DNA of 40,325 bases from Cercozoa sp. M6MM (taxonomy: Eukaryota; Protista; Endomyxa: Ascetosporea): NCBI GenBank assembly GCA_040357565.1, contig JBDODJ010000103.1. One strand, 5' to 3'. Of this stretch, positions 23,854-40,220 are shown piece by piece (position 1 is the stretch's first letter; every line of letters starts with the position of its first letter). A program made the position numbers and the translations under genes. The notes under the pieces were generated by a model. The model made no database searches. It was not told the origin of the DNA and was given only the letters and a program-made list of their open reading frames with translations.

Positions 23854-26028
23854 CTAGGCACCAAGCTCGCCTGTGCAAGAAGCAAGTCAGGGAGAGCCAA
23901 TTGATCCCTCGGAGGGTACTGAGGGCGGGTAGGGAACAGTACCATCCGTGGCGCTGTCGCCGATACCAGCGGCGCGTTGTTCTCTCCGCAGACGCGACTC
24001 GTTCATCTCCTGCGTGGTCTGGTACTTGAGCTGTCGTCGCAGCACTGCGCCCAGTACAGATGTACATCACATACATAGATATGGAAGCACATATATTGTA
24101 GCATACAGATATACTATAATATATATGCTATGTCCGAAAAAAAAAGCCTACGCGTGATGGGACACTTCTTGAAGAAGTTGCGCTTGTCGTCGTCAACGAG
24201 CGTCATCTTGAGGAAGTAGTTCACCTGTGTCTCACAGATAGGTAGATATAACAGACCACCGGCTACAGGGGGAGGGCAGGCACAAAAGAGACATACCGAG
24301 AACTTGTTGTGCACGTTGCCGAACGAGGGCGACAGCTTCGTCAGCGGCTTCAGGAACAGGCGAATCGGAATGCTCTCGCCCTTGATAGGCGCGCCGTCCA
24401 TCACCTCGAAATCGCACACGCGTGTCTCCGTCGTCACACGGTCCTATCAATCGGGGGGGGGGGGGGGGGTAACCCAAGTTGGGGAGGGGGCAAGTGTAAC
24501 ACCTTGCCACTGCCGACAGTTTCAACACGGAGCAATGAGAGCTCCATGTACTCCACCTACACACATGAGGGATTAAGCGGTGTAAGGGGGGGTAAAGAGG
24601 GCAGAAGGGAAACACCTTGATGCGCACGAGCTTGAAGTCGATCTGGCCTTCGACGATGTCATCCAAGTACCCTGCTCAGAGATAGCTCACAGCATGAGAG
24701 GAAGTGCCCTTATACATCAGGGACGGGGGGTAAGAGAAGAGAGTACAGTGCGAGCGAGGGAATTCGAATTCGATGTGCAAACAGTCGGCGATGCCCACCG
24801 GCTGTAACATTTATGAGGTAGACAGGTAGATAGAAAACAGATAGATAGGTAGTGATATAGACAGATAGACAGATAGATATAGATATATAGATAGATACAC
24901 AGATAGATAGATAGGTATACAGATAGATAGATAAGTATACAGATAGATAGATAAGTATATAGATCTATATATAGGAGATAGATAGATAGATAGAGATAGA
25001 TAGAGAGATAGATAGATAGAAAGATATATATATATATATATAGATAAATAGGAAGAAACGCAGAAGGCACACCTGCTTGATGACGGGACTGTTGGCGGTA
25101 ACGTCGCTCTCTTCTTCGGTGATGTTTTGCACCTTAAAGTCCAACTCCTGCTGCAGCGCCGTGTTGTACGAGCGGTGCACCTATCACACACACATAAGAG
25201 GAATGAAGGGCGGGATAAAATGGGGGTAGGGGGGTATACCTTGACACGCAGATAGTAGCGCAGTTTGACCTGCTTGCCCGCGTAACTCTCGAACTCCTTC
25301 TGCTCAACATCATGTACCGGGGATGCAGGGGTGAGAGGGTAGGGGGAAGGGGGGTAAAAGAGGGGGCAAAGAAGGCAACGAGTTCAGGGAGCTCACCTCG
25401 ACCGAGTTGAACGAGAAGTCAAAAGCCGTGCGCTCGTGCAGCACGCCCGGCGGACTGTCACATAGTGTGAGGTAAGGGGGGGGGGGTAAGTGGGGTAGGA
25501 AGGGGTAAGTGGGGTAGGAGGGTGTAAGGGGGTAAGAGGAGGCAAGACGGGGTAAGAAGGGGTGTAAGAGAGGGCACCACAAGTCGCGCACGAGCGAGGT
25601 GAACTTGTAGTCGAGCGAGCCATTCTTGGTGCGACCCTTGATGCGTCCCAGCAGCTCGATCTTGATGCCCTATCACACACAGGCAGTGGCACGCACACAC
25701 AGAAATACAGAGAAACACTGTCCCTGGGACAGATGTACCTGGTGCTCAAGACGGCCCTTGGCGCCTGTAGGCGTCACCACGACGGTGCCGGCGACGTCCT
25801 CGCTACCGCTGTAGAGACGCTTGCCATTCACCCTGTCCATGCCGAGGATACACACACACGGTGTGTCTATGTGCAGACAGGCGTGCTCACCACTTGGCGT
25901 CGGTGTCTTCGTTGAGTGCGATCTCAATGTGCGCCGACGAGGTGCCGCCCAGTCCGAAAAAACTCTGCACAAACACAATTCCGCATGCAATCATCCTTGA
26001 TGATCACTTTTGCATACAATTCAACCAT
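23854..26028 (-). CDS. VPS26: Retromer subunit VPS26
   Basis: SFFG..., RLEHQGIKIELLG, FESYAGKQVKLRYYLRV, VGIADCLHIEFEF, DIVEGQIDFKLVRIK, FEVMDGAPIKGESIPIRLFL, NKFSVNYFL, DDDKRNFFKK. Exact ATG inferred. Confidence 0.95.
24817..25050. repeat. Degenerate (GATA)n/(TA)n satellite in a VPS26 intron
   Basis: AGATAGATAGAT arrays. Confidence 0.9.
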
Positions 26029-26406
26029 ATGAACACACTAATGGGCACAAGCACACTGTGCACACACGAGCCACCAAATCAGTGTGGCTAGGAACGCCAA
26101 ATACAGCAAACACAAAGAGAAACACGCCATGCGTGCCCTACACTTATAGCTGGCACTACCATGGCCCTAATCCACGTGCACTACACCGGAAAACTACTAG
26201 GCCTTCAATCGCGCTCGCTATGGGGTGGCTACAACCTACACTCGTTGTGCACGCAGAACAGTGCATTTTTCGTTTCAGGAACGCCGGTCGTAAACTGATC
26301 GGCGTACTTTAACGGGATAGCGACACCCTCTTATAACGTCAACGAAACAAGATAAGACGGCGAGGAGGAAGGAATTGGTCGACGGTGTGTTTTCGTCACC
26401 CGAGCG

Positions 26407-26784
26407 TCAATTGGTCGACGGTGTGTTTTCGTCACCAGCGCCTTCGGGCAGCTCAGCCTGTTGTTGCTTTTTCTTCTCGTCATGCGCCAGTTCGTAGGGA
26501 ATCGGGACCACGGGACGCACCTGCCAAGCAAGAGAGAGTTAATATTGAATAGTACTGGGATTGTTTGGAGAAACCGACCGAGTGGACGTCGCGATCACGA
26601 TACATGCGCGGAAGCATGAGGTGCGGCTCCCACTGATCCATGAGAGTCTCGACGTCTGTCGCGGTCTGATACTTGCCCGTGTCCTGGTACTGCCGGCGAT
26701 CCTGCGTGCCGACCGTGTCAAAGAAGACGATCTGTGCGATGCGACGACCCACGCTGGAAACAGACGGGATAAACAGACAGAAAG

Positions 26785-26859
<75 letters not shown>

Positions 26860-27548
26860 ACACACAAGCACAGACACAGAGTGAGAGTGTGCTGTACACG
26901 AGAGGAATCGAGTAGTGACGCGAGTTGTTGGTGACTTCCATGGTCCATCGGTTGACGTAGCCAATGTCGCCCCAGCTATAAGCACACAAACCAGATGCAG
27001 TAAGTAAATGTGTCAAAGGAAGTTGGTCTCTGTGTCAACAAATGTGTACCCAGCACACTTGCAGACTTCGATGAAGTTGCGGCCCATCGACGAACGCGCT
27101 TTCATCATCTGAGCAAACATATACCGACAAGTTATAAGGAACACACGGACTCTGTGAGGAAGCTGACACAACAACACACCGTAGTGACAGTGTTGCGACC
27201 ACCGATGAACTCGTTGGTATGCGCCAGAATGGTTTCGCCCGGTCGCAGCCAGATCAAGTAGTCCTCATCGCTCTGTTGGACTTAACGAAATGACTGACAC
27301 AACCAACAGCGACACATGTCCGCCGAGATACCACATTTGCCAGGCGGAGACCGGTGCGCTTACGCCATTCGGCAACGCTCTCGGCCTGCTGGACTTGGCC
27401 CTATCCACACCAACGTAAGTGCATCAGGCATGTCACAACAAGTCACACGCGAGTCACGCGCTACCCAAACACGACGAACGTGCGCCTCGTCGTACGGGTT
27501 GTAGATTGTTTCCCCTGGGCTGCACATGCCCATCCAATATATTATATT

Positions 27549-27586
<38 letters not shown>

Positions 27587-27919
27587 GAATGTAGATATGC
27601 AGATATGTTTATGGTATAGAGATGATTTACCGAGCGGCTGACTCGCGAAAGAAGAAGCGGCCAAGTGTGACGTCATCTGCATTTTTCATGAAAGTATAGA
27701 CATATACATGCAGTCATTGATGGAAGGAAACAACTGACACGACGACGTGCTGAGGTTATCCTTGTCGAAGGGCTCAATCACGACATTGCCAGCCTCAAGG
27801 TGTGCCAGCAAGGCCGCGTCACTCAGTAGCGACATGCGCTCGGCCTTCGAGAGCGCTGCTCAGCAAAGAGGGTGTCAGCGCAAGACACACACGCACGCAC
27901 AAAACAAAAAGGTACCCAT
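26407..27919 (-). CDS. dcd: dCTP deaminase (trimeric dUTPase-like superfamily)
   Basis: Spliced model: SLLSDAALL...IEPFDKDNLSTSSYDVTLG...LRPGETILAHTNEFIG...MKARSSMGR...AGWGDIGYVNRWTMEVTN...RRIAQIVF...GKYQ. ARSS motif and catalytic Glu (TME) present. Confidence 0.92.
26787..26866. repeat. (CA)n microsatellite, intronic
   Basis: Perfect run. Confidence 0.95.
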
Positions 27920-28196
27920 TTCACCAGGAAGACTCATCTTCTACTGTCTAAAGAACTAAGACACTGCTAAATTTAGTGAGTCCAGTTGTAAATTGCTGCT
28001 AGTTTAAGTTCCCTCCGCAGAGCGCGAACGGGACCCACACATCTTTTTTTTTTAAATGGGCAGGTTTGTTTAAGCTTTCAGTTCAGTCGCCCTTTATGTA
28101 GCTCCCTTGGACCAGTCCTGGCAGAGTACAACTTAAACTGTCAGTGGAAAGGCGTCCAGTAGCTGCGGCTTAGTGCAAGTTTCACGTCCTGCCCGG

Positions 28197-31235
<3,039 letters not shown>

Positions 31236-31592
31236 TTGTGAACGACGAGTGCTTTGCCACTGGTTCGCCCCAAAAATCAAATTAGTAGTTGCAAACGAGC
31301 AACACGACTGCAAAAATATAAAACGGACTCGACACCCGTCAGTCCTTGACCAATCAATATTTATTTTCGGCTCAAATTCGGCTCATTTTGAGCTCAAAAC
31401 AGTCTTGTTCGTTGTACGTTCGTTAGCGCTGCTCTCGTGGGCTAATTTGGTTTAGCTTTGCTTTGGAAACGACAGTGACGCGCTAAGGTACCCTGGTGAC
31501 GCTCTGTGCGGGGTGTTTTGATTCCAGTGTTTCGATATCGATTTGTCGACTTTGGTGTTTCGTGGTGCATAGATACCCGCTAAGAACGCAAG

Positions 31593-32795
31593 ATGGCTGG
31601 CGGTGGACTCATAATTCTACGTCACAAGACGTGGAATCCGCGGCGACGCGACAATATGGTAAGAATCGCGGGCTTTTTCGTTTGTTCTGACACCGTGGAG
31701 TTTTACTTTGTATGTACAGGAGCGAATCGCTGCCGACGAAGCTGAACATGCCAAAAAACAAGAATCTATTGAGCGAAGACGCAAGGTATGTGTGTATCAG
31801 CTATTTCTGGTTTGCACTGCAACCCAAACCTGCGTGTACAGGGCGAGCGTGCCGACAAGCGACTCGCTGCTTTGCGAGGCGAAAGTGCCTTCTCGGACCA
31901 CAGTGACAACGAGGACGATTTGCTTGAGCATGAGCGTATTGAACTATTTCCTTTCCATTGTTTAACCGATAAGGTGATCCTACGGGCGTTGCTTTCTCGA
32001 TAGGCCCGCGCGGCAAGGAGACGAAAGAGGAGCGACTGGAGCGAGCGCGGCAGAGTCGCCAGACGCGGCAGCGCTCGCATCTGCTCGGCTCGTCCTCTGT
32101 GCGGTCCAAGCGGTAAAGTTCTCCCTCCTTTCTTTTGCCTTTGTTCCCTCTAATGAAGTAAATTTGTTGCGTTACTGCAGAGGTGACCAGAGACACCGGT
32201 GGTACGCCACAGAGGCAGTGAGCGAACACTTCATGCCGGACGAAGCTATCGACCATGCCTGTGGTATGCTTGGCCTGTTGGGCTTCCTGTATCGTACATC
32301 GTCCTTTTCTCATTGCGTATGTGTGCAGCCACTGACCACCACTTGGTGGACCCTGCGCGCAACATGCCAGTCAGCACGCACACTGCCGATCGCGACTACG
32401 CGACCGACGAAGAGGCCGCCATCGCTGCTGCCATGGTGTGTGCTGTACCTCTCGTCATTGTGTAAGCGTTGATGTCCTCTTTTTCCATGTAGGCCAGAAT
32501 AAAGAAGGAGAAGAAAAGCAGTTCCAAAGCAGAGTTGAGGTACCTCGTTCCCATAACCAAATGTCGTTCTTCAGCATGCGTTTGTTTCCACAGCAAAGAC
32601 AAAAAGCGACGTGAGCGACGAAAGAAGCGTCGTCGGCATCACCACGATGAGCGCGACCATGACCGCACTGTTGATGATAGCGACGCTGATCGCAGGAGTC
32701 ACCGTCGAGAGCGACACAGACGCCGCCACAGCCATGACGGCGAACCAGCAGAGAGCGAAGAGCGCGACCGCAAGCGTCGCCGGCATCGCCGCTAA
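31593..32795 (+). CDS. Cir_N-domain protein (CIR1/CWC25/LENG1-like, probably splicing-associated)
   Basis: MAGGGLIILRHKTWNPRRRDNMERIAADEAEHAKKQE N-terminus; Arg/His/Asp-rich C-terminus; TAA 32793-32795. Confidence 0.75.
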
Positions 32796-33423
32796 AGTTT
32801 TGAGCCAGGCCCCGCCTGTCGTGTCGCGCGGCGTCTACTCTCGCTGACTCACTGTTCCCTACAAACGTTTTTTCGCCACGGTACGCGCGTTCGGGAAAAT
32901 TAATGCGATGCGCACCGCACGCGACGGCACGGTGTATTTTCGTTTATTTACGTTACTCACGTCGGTACTTCTCCTACTTCTCGTTAGTTTAGATCTCACT
33001 TTCAGTTCCAGCTTCCCTTTAGCGCTGGCGTGGTTGGATGACCGACGTTTTTCCACTTTCCCTTTCTCCTTCAGTTCGAGCGTTTTTCAACACGTCAAAG
33101 TTTCCCTTTCGCAAAGCAAACTTATGTCTCTTTCCTGAGAGCGGGTCCTGCTAGGGTTGCGTGTATAGTCGGTGGTTTTAGTGTGTTTGGGCGGATGGAG
33201 CACAATTCGGCCTCGATCCGCACAGAGAGGCGCAGGATGCGCGAACTCTTCAGCTCGCTCGACTCGGATCTTATCTCTCGAGAAGCGCACCGCGCGAGCG
33301 TACGAGCTTCACGTGGTGACCTGTTGGTACCACTTTAATCGAGGGTTCAAATAGATTTTAGTTCAGCTGGGCCAGTATTTTTCTAATCTGAACCCTCAGC
33401 TGCGAGCAACCTTGCAAGCAAGG

Positions 33424-36400
33424 ATGGAGAAACAAAAGAGGGCCAAAACAGCGTCGCAAAAATACACTCAATCCATGGACGAGTCGGTGACAGAATCCAC
33501 TGCAATCGTATCGAGGCAACGTAATGGTGATGATACTCCGACCGGGGAAAGCCATGACTCAAGCCAGCATTCTCGCAGAAGCTCAAGTCACCGGAAAGGC
33601 CACGGTGTGGCAAGGTAAAAACTTGTGTAGGCTTTTGACAAAAACTTGCAGTCGTCTACGATTTAAACGTTTGTTTGCTGAAGGACCAACACGAGCGCTA
33701 GCACTAGCGCTGATGCCAAGCTCGCTACGATGACAGGGCCCGTTTCCCGCAAGTGGAGGCACTGGAAGCGTCGTGCTGCACGCCGCTATTCTCAGATTCA
33801 GCACTGGAACGACAGTTTTCGTTTCCGCGAGGCTGCGTTGTCGCATGCACTGTCACTCGCGGTGCTGTCGGCGACACAGTCCAGTTCTCGCCGTCGCTTA
33901 ATGCTGTTTTTCGTGTCCTGCCTTGTGTCATTCTGCCTGGCCTCAGCGGTTTGGTTGTCCGAGTCAAGGTACACCTTACGATGTATCCCAGTTGTTCCTG
34001 TTGCACCAGTTTGATGAAATAGCAATGCACCGAGTTTGTGGTTGCTTCTCGGTCTGCTTTTGCGAGCCATTGTCATGCTGTCCGCTCTACGAACGATGCA
34101 GATCTGGGGAACACCAGCGCGGCAGAAAAGTGACTTGTCCGAAAGAGAACTAGGTAGCTGATGACATTTATCCTCTACCCTTGCGATCAAGAATACGCAA
34201 TATTGTCCGGTTAGGCCAATTTCAGTTCTGGATGCTCCTACAAGCATCGGTGCTGGCCTTTGCGAGTGCAACCACCTGGATGACGGCGACGCAGACAGGA
34301 AGCACCGAAAGTGAGAACATTTGGTTCGCGTTGCTTCTCGCGGACACCTTGCTGACCGTGCAAGTGCTGCCGTACATGATCCCTGTCATCGAAGGCGTCT
34401 CTTCGTTGCTACCTTCCGTTGCACTGTCATTGATGTGCTGTTTGAGTGCGCTGCGACTGTATCTGCTGCACAGCTCGAATCTGTACCCGTGCGCAGCACT
34501 TGTGGTGCTTGTTCTTACCTTTGCGCGCGTCTGGTACGGCGAACTGCTCTATCACTCTTTTTTTTGTACCCCAGGTGGATATTTAGGTGGTCGATTCGAC
34601 TCGCTCGCCTGCGTAAGCGCCAATTTGCAAGGAAACTGCTTCTGTTTCAAGAGAGGTGCGCTTCTTTTCGAACAAACAGCACTAGACTAAATGTCGTACA
34701 TACCTTGCTGTAAATTTATGTGTGTGAATAGAGATCGAACAGAGAACATCCTCGATGCTTTGTTGCCTCGATCAGTCCAACAGCAAGTGCACTTGGCGGA
34801 GTTGCCATCAAAGCGGTCGAGTCAGCGGTCAGCTTCGAAACAAACCCTGTCGGGAAGTAGTTCCGAACTCACCGTCAATCGCAAGTGCGGCACCGTTGCT
34901 TTCTTAGCCGTGAAGGTGCTTTGTGCGCGTCATTCCGACTGCTCGCAAAGCAGCGAAGACAGCGAAGAACTCGAAACCGACTGCCACCAGCTTGTGCAGG
35001 TATCCTCCAATTAAAATATTATTACGAGCATGTAATAGAAATGTGGCATTCTCACTTTTCTGGCGGCAGGTTTTGCATCGAGTAATCAGCACCATCGATG
35101 AGGTTGTCGAATCGGCACGAAAGAAGCATCGCGATGTTATCAAAGTCGAGCACGTGAACAATGTGTACTTGCTCTGTGGAGGACTGCGAATGAAAGGCCA
35201 AGCACACAACGGTACTTTACAACTATGCAGTAGGCGCATGTCTTTACTACAACATGAAGTTGCGCGCGATGTGTAAAACCGCAGTCGACGGCGATGAGTA
35301 CGACCACGCTCGCGCCGTTCTCGATGTGTGTCTTTCTGCGTTGCAAAAAGTGATGACTCGAACACACTGGAGCGACCAAGGACACCGAGTTCATATGAAG
35401 ATTGGAGTGCACAGCGGTCCTCTTGTGGGAGCGGTGATCGGCGCCAATCGCCGCTTCTTTCGCATTTTCGGCGACACTGTAAACACCGCATCCCGAGTAA
35501 TACAACACCTTTCCTGTTTCAAACGTAGTGTTGTACAGGCACAAAAGGGTTGAAACTGCAGGTTTGTTCAACGGGTGTGATGAACGCGGTGCAAATGACA
35601 ACTCAGACTGCCTCTCGTACCGCGGTGCTCCGACGATACTTGATTTCCGCACGAGGAAAGGTCTTTATGAAGGTACACAAATACGCAAAATATAATAGTT
35701 GCACCATGTTTCATCTCAGGGAAAGGGCGATGTTCCTGTATTTTGCGTGAACGGAGTGCGTCTCATCGTGCCTCTCATGCCGCAGCTGCGTCAAGTCGGA
35801 GAGGACTGGGAGGTCGCCGATCTGAGCGGCAAAGTTGTTGCCGCACCAGCAGCGACCGGCGACGTCGAGCACCTGACTATGGAATCCGTACTTGACAATG
35901 GCACAGCGTCAGAAAGCGTTCAGCCGAGCACGCGAATGGAGGAAGACAACGACAACGACGCCGATCTTGCCGATCTTGCTTTCTACCGTTTCCTCAACTC
36001 ACCACACGTGCGACTCAGCAAAGTAGATTCCTTTTTTTGTGCTGTATGACTGTATATGTAGCTACTTTACCTTTTTACTGTTATCATATGGTAGGTTTGG
36101 CTCCGTTTTTCGAAAGACACGACGGTGCATCATTTGTTGCGACTGCAAGAGGAGGCGGTTTTATCGCCGGAACTCGTTGGAAGTACGGCAGAGCTGGCAC
36201 ACTCGCTTCCGCACACAGTACTCTATTTGTATCATCGTGCATTCAAAGGGTCACCTGTCTCTGCTGCTAAAAAGGACACTGGCTTGGACTCATTGGTGCC
36301 GGCTTCGTCCGGACAAGACGCCAACGATGACGGCATGGCGGCACCGACAGTGCACCAAAAACTCGCAGAAGCAGGTAGACGACGAACCATGGTTCTGCAG

Positions 36401-39243
36401 CACCTCAAAATCGATCATCAGATTCGACAACGACGGCCAAGTTCGTCAGATTCCTGCAACGCAGAAAACTCCGGAAAGCTGAACGTTTCGATCTCGCTCG
36501 AAGAAGCGTTCGCGCGATTCGTCTGGTCTCGAAATCAGCCCCGTTTTCGTTCATTGTCCGCGCTGACCCTTTCCATTGCAGCGCTGGCTTTAGCGTTGGT
36601 GCCTCAAGTAGATCTTAAACATCAGACGTTTGTGACAGCGCTTAGCGTCGTATCCATTGCGCTGACTGTCTTCACAGCCGCAGTCGGCCGCAACAACAAG
36701 AATGCGTCTCAAAAATTGCACGTTCGCTTGTTGCACCTTCATGATCTCGTGTTTGCATTTGCAGTCGCGCTGTCCTGCACTACTGTCATGACAGTGCTGC
36801 ACAGTCTCGCGTGGACACCGGTGCTTCTTTCTTCCGCAGGTCTAGGTCTTGCTGTGGCGCTTCTCGATGGACAGAGTATCGCGGCACTAGGTGTTTGCCT
36901 TGTGGTAAATCTCATCGAATCGGAGACACACTGTCTCGGCTGTCACTGTTAAGTTGTTGTTTTAGGCGGTGACGGCGACCGAACTAACACTAAATTTGGT
37001 CGATTACGATCGGCAGCATCCCGTGTGGTTGCTCTGTGTGGTATGCGCGCAGTCACTCGCATGCGTCTGCAGTATGGTGGATCAGTTCGTCACTCAGCAT
37101 CTCGCAACTCGCATGCACTTTCTTTTGGTATCTCTCATAGTATTTCAGTTCTGACTCGTACCTGAGAAAAGCTATTGACACGTATCTAGGTGCAAGCAAC
37201 TGCACTGGAACAGCACCGCGTGGACACTCTGCTGGCAACGTTGATGCCGCAGTTCGTGATAGGTCGACTGCGACGTGAGAAAGGTGTCCTGTCGGCTGCG
37301 TCGGCGTCCCGCTCGCTAAGCAGCATGCTGCCTTCGTCAGTGCCCATGAATCCAGTGCCCCAAACAGATCGATTTCCATCTGCCACTGTGTTCGAATCCG
37401 ACTTGGTGGGCTTCACGCGACTCAGTTCTGAGCTGAGTGCATCTCGAGTGGCTCGCATGCTGAACACTTTGTACCTGCAATACGACCGACTGCTAGCACA
37501 CACGGGCCTCGAGAAGATCGATACGATAGGCGATGCATTCATAGCGGTAAACTTCTTGGGCACACCTGACCCAGTGCTGCACTTTGCGCGTCGTGTCGTT
37601 CGCCTGCACCTGAAGCTGCGCAACGACTATTCCGATCCCTCCGACGACGATGTTGGTGCGCTGCTCGCACGGGTGGGTGTGCGAATCGGTATCGCCACAG
37701 GTCCTATCGTAGGTGCACTCATCGGCACGGCAGCCACGCGGTACCATGTGCTGGGTCCTGCCTTTGACACTGCCGTGGAACTCGAGTCAAAGTCGCAGGT
37801 AACTCCTGGCGGTTGCTGTATTTGTTAGAGTGTTTGTTCTATGCGAGCACTTTGAGCAGCCCCAGCAGGTGTTGGTGTGTCCACGCACTGCCCTTCGAGC
37901 TGTTGGTCGCTTTCGTTTTTCGAGTTACTCGCACGACGGCGAGTTCCTCGAGTGTCAACTGCGCAACAGCATGGTGTCGAAAGAACTGCTTGGAGTGGGC
38001 AAGCGCTTGAAGGATTCCGGATCTCCAGCACTCGAGTCGGGAAAGCGCTCGACTCTGAGTTCGAATTCATCGCTTTTCTCTACCTTGAGTAGCACTTTGG
38101 GCAGTACGGTTCGTTCGGCGGTGGAAGTGCAGACACGTACCAACACAACTGTCACGATTCCGAGCGACAGCAACTTCGACCGCAACTCTGTGATCTCACC
38201 GTCAGTGGTATCTCTAGCTCTGCTAGTAATTACAGTTTATTTTGCGCAACGGAGTTTTGTTGTTGTTGTCTAGACTCGGATGTACTCACGTCAAAGTGCG
38301 GTTTCAGTGGCTCTCGCCGACGTCTCACTGTGTCGTCGTGAAACCGTCGGCTTCTGGCTTATGGTGTGTTCTTGTACCTGTGAAGGTAGTATTTTAGTAA
38401 GGTGTATGTGAGTGGTATTGTAAATTATCAGAATGTACATCCGAATTTCCGAAACGTTGCGGTGCGCAAACGACTCAAGCACAGTACAGAGTATGTTCAC
38501 TTTCACTCCCAGTTGGCAAGCTTCAACACGACTGCTGTGCGAGCAGACAACAAGAGCAAATCCGTAGCCCAGTGTCGGGTCGTCACTTCAGTTTGTCTTG
38601 GTTGCGCAACACACTGACTCGTTCAGCCCACTCCGACAGCGAGCACCACGAAGAACTTGAAGAGTTCGGCCGTATGCGCCGCATGTGGGGATCTTTCATG
38701 AAAACTCGTCATCGTTCGTGCCTTCCTCTTTTACTTTTCTGCCTGTCAGTTCTTCGCGGAAATTGAATGTGCCTGTGTTCGTTCAGAGTCTTCAGAAGAT
38801 CGTTGAAAAAGCCAAGGCCAGCGGCGAGTCGACAGCGTGCAGTGCCCCCAAAGTCTCCAAATCGGTTCCGTCGCAAGCGCGACCGTGACGGCAAAAGTCG
38901 CACCCAAGCTGTGCTCAGAGCAGTGCGCGCACTGAGTTTGTCTCCCTCGCGAGCTTCGGCCTCGTCAGCAGCGAGTCGTATGCCGAAACACCCCAGCCTG
39001 GAGGTTCACAGAAACAAGGGGAGCGGCCCGTCACTATTCCGCTTTCCCACCATGCAAACGCAAGCAACAGGCGAGTTGAAGATCGACATAAACTCCTCCG
39101 AAGACGAAGACACCGAGTGCAAGAGCTCACTCGAAGCCAACGACGAATCGCTCAAAGTTCAAACGGTCAGTATTACTTTCAGCATAGTCCGTCACGAGCA
39201 GGTCTCGGATACCTTGTTTGCAGCCTGTAGCTTTCTGATCTAA
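33424..39243 (+). CDS. Multi-pass membrane class III nucleotidyl cyclase with two cyclase domains (probably guanylyl cyclase)
   Basis: TM block, then domain 1 (IKVEHVNN, KIGVHSGPLVGAVIG, FGDTVNTASR), second TM block, then domain 2 (FESDLVGFT, EKIDTIGDAF, RIGIATGPIVGALIG). Exon structure beyond ~38200 and the true stop are uncertain. Confidence 0.88.
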
Positions 39244-39585
39244 CCGAACGTGATGGTACTGACTGAACGATTTTCGATTCTAATTGGGCTGCGGCGCTGA
39301 CAGGGTAGTTTACAATTTGGCGACACTCGGCAGTTTAAACTTTGAAACCAGTTGTTTTCAAAATTTACAACTGAACAGTACAGCTTCTGCAACTGAACTG
39401 AGACACGAGCGTTGTGTTTGAGAACTTAAAAACTGATTTCTGCGCTTGCTCATACTGTCACATTACTCCATGTTGTATCATTACATTCTGCCTTTGTTTT
39501 AAATCCAGCACGACGATTAAATCCGCTATCTGACCAGTAGCATTTTGTCAAGATATAAACTTAAATTAGATCGAAAAAGTTCAAT

Positions 39586-40200
39586 TCAGACCCGAAGTTT
39601 GAATTTCGGACACAAAGGCTTCGCTCGATACCAAGTTGCCCAGTGAGATACAGTAGACGCAGTAGTCAGGGATGTCACAGCCTTGTCGGAGTGGAGATCC
39701 GCTACGTCAATTGGCCTCTGTCCCACCGCTGAACTCAACGAGTACTGGATGCGACCGTCTCGCGCTGTGCCTGCCCTCAAGGTTTCTTTTTCGAATAAAT
39801 TCAATCGCAATCGACCATAGCTTCATATCGTGCCGGTGCATGTGTGGATTTTAGGAGCGATGCAGGGGTCGACATGACAACGAAAGTGTACGTGGTTGGT
39901 GCGGTTTACCCCGAAAGCGAGTCTAATCCTACCTCTGCGTCTCCGCAAAGCTCTCGCAACTGCGCGTCGTCATCGGCAATGGCCGGAGGTAGTGCAATGG
40001 TACCGAAAGCTGACAGACTGCGCGAGTAGTCTTCGAAAGTTTACGGTGTATCTAACAGGACGAAGGAGAGTGCATAGACTTGGGTGATTTGTGGTACGGT
40101 AATTTACATACATTTACTTCCACACAGCAGCCCAAAATGACAGACATAAACCCCTTGTCCAACCTTCACAGTGGCAAGGACATGGTGTCTGTGGTGGTGA
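39586..40200 (-). CDS. Possible 3' exons of a gene continuing outside the window
   Basis: Coding-like minus-strand segments downstream of an intron-like (GT)n tract; frame unresolved. Confidence 0.25.
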
Positions 40201-40220
40201 CCTTTAAAGAAGGTACACAG

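Noticed and set aside
32859-33290. Small Lys/Arg-rich minus-strand ORFs
   Set aside because: No coherent start or splice model and no motif; insufficient support.
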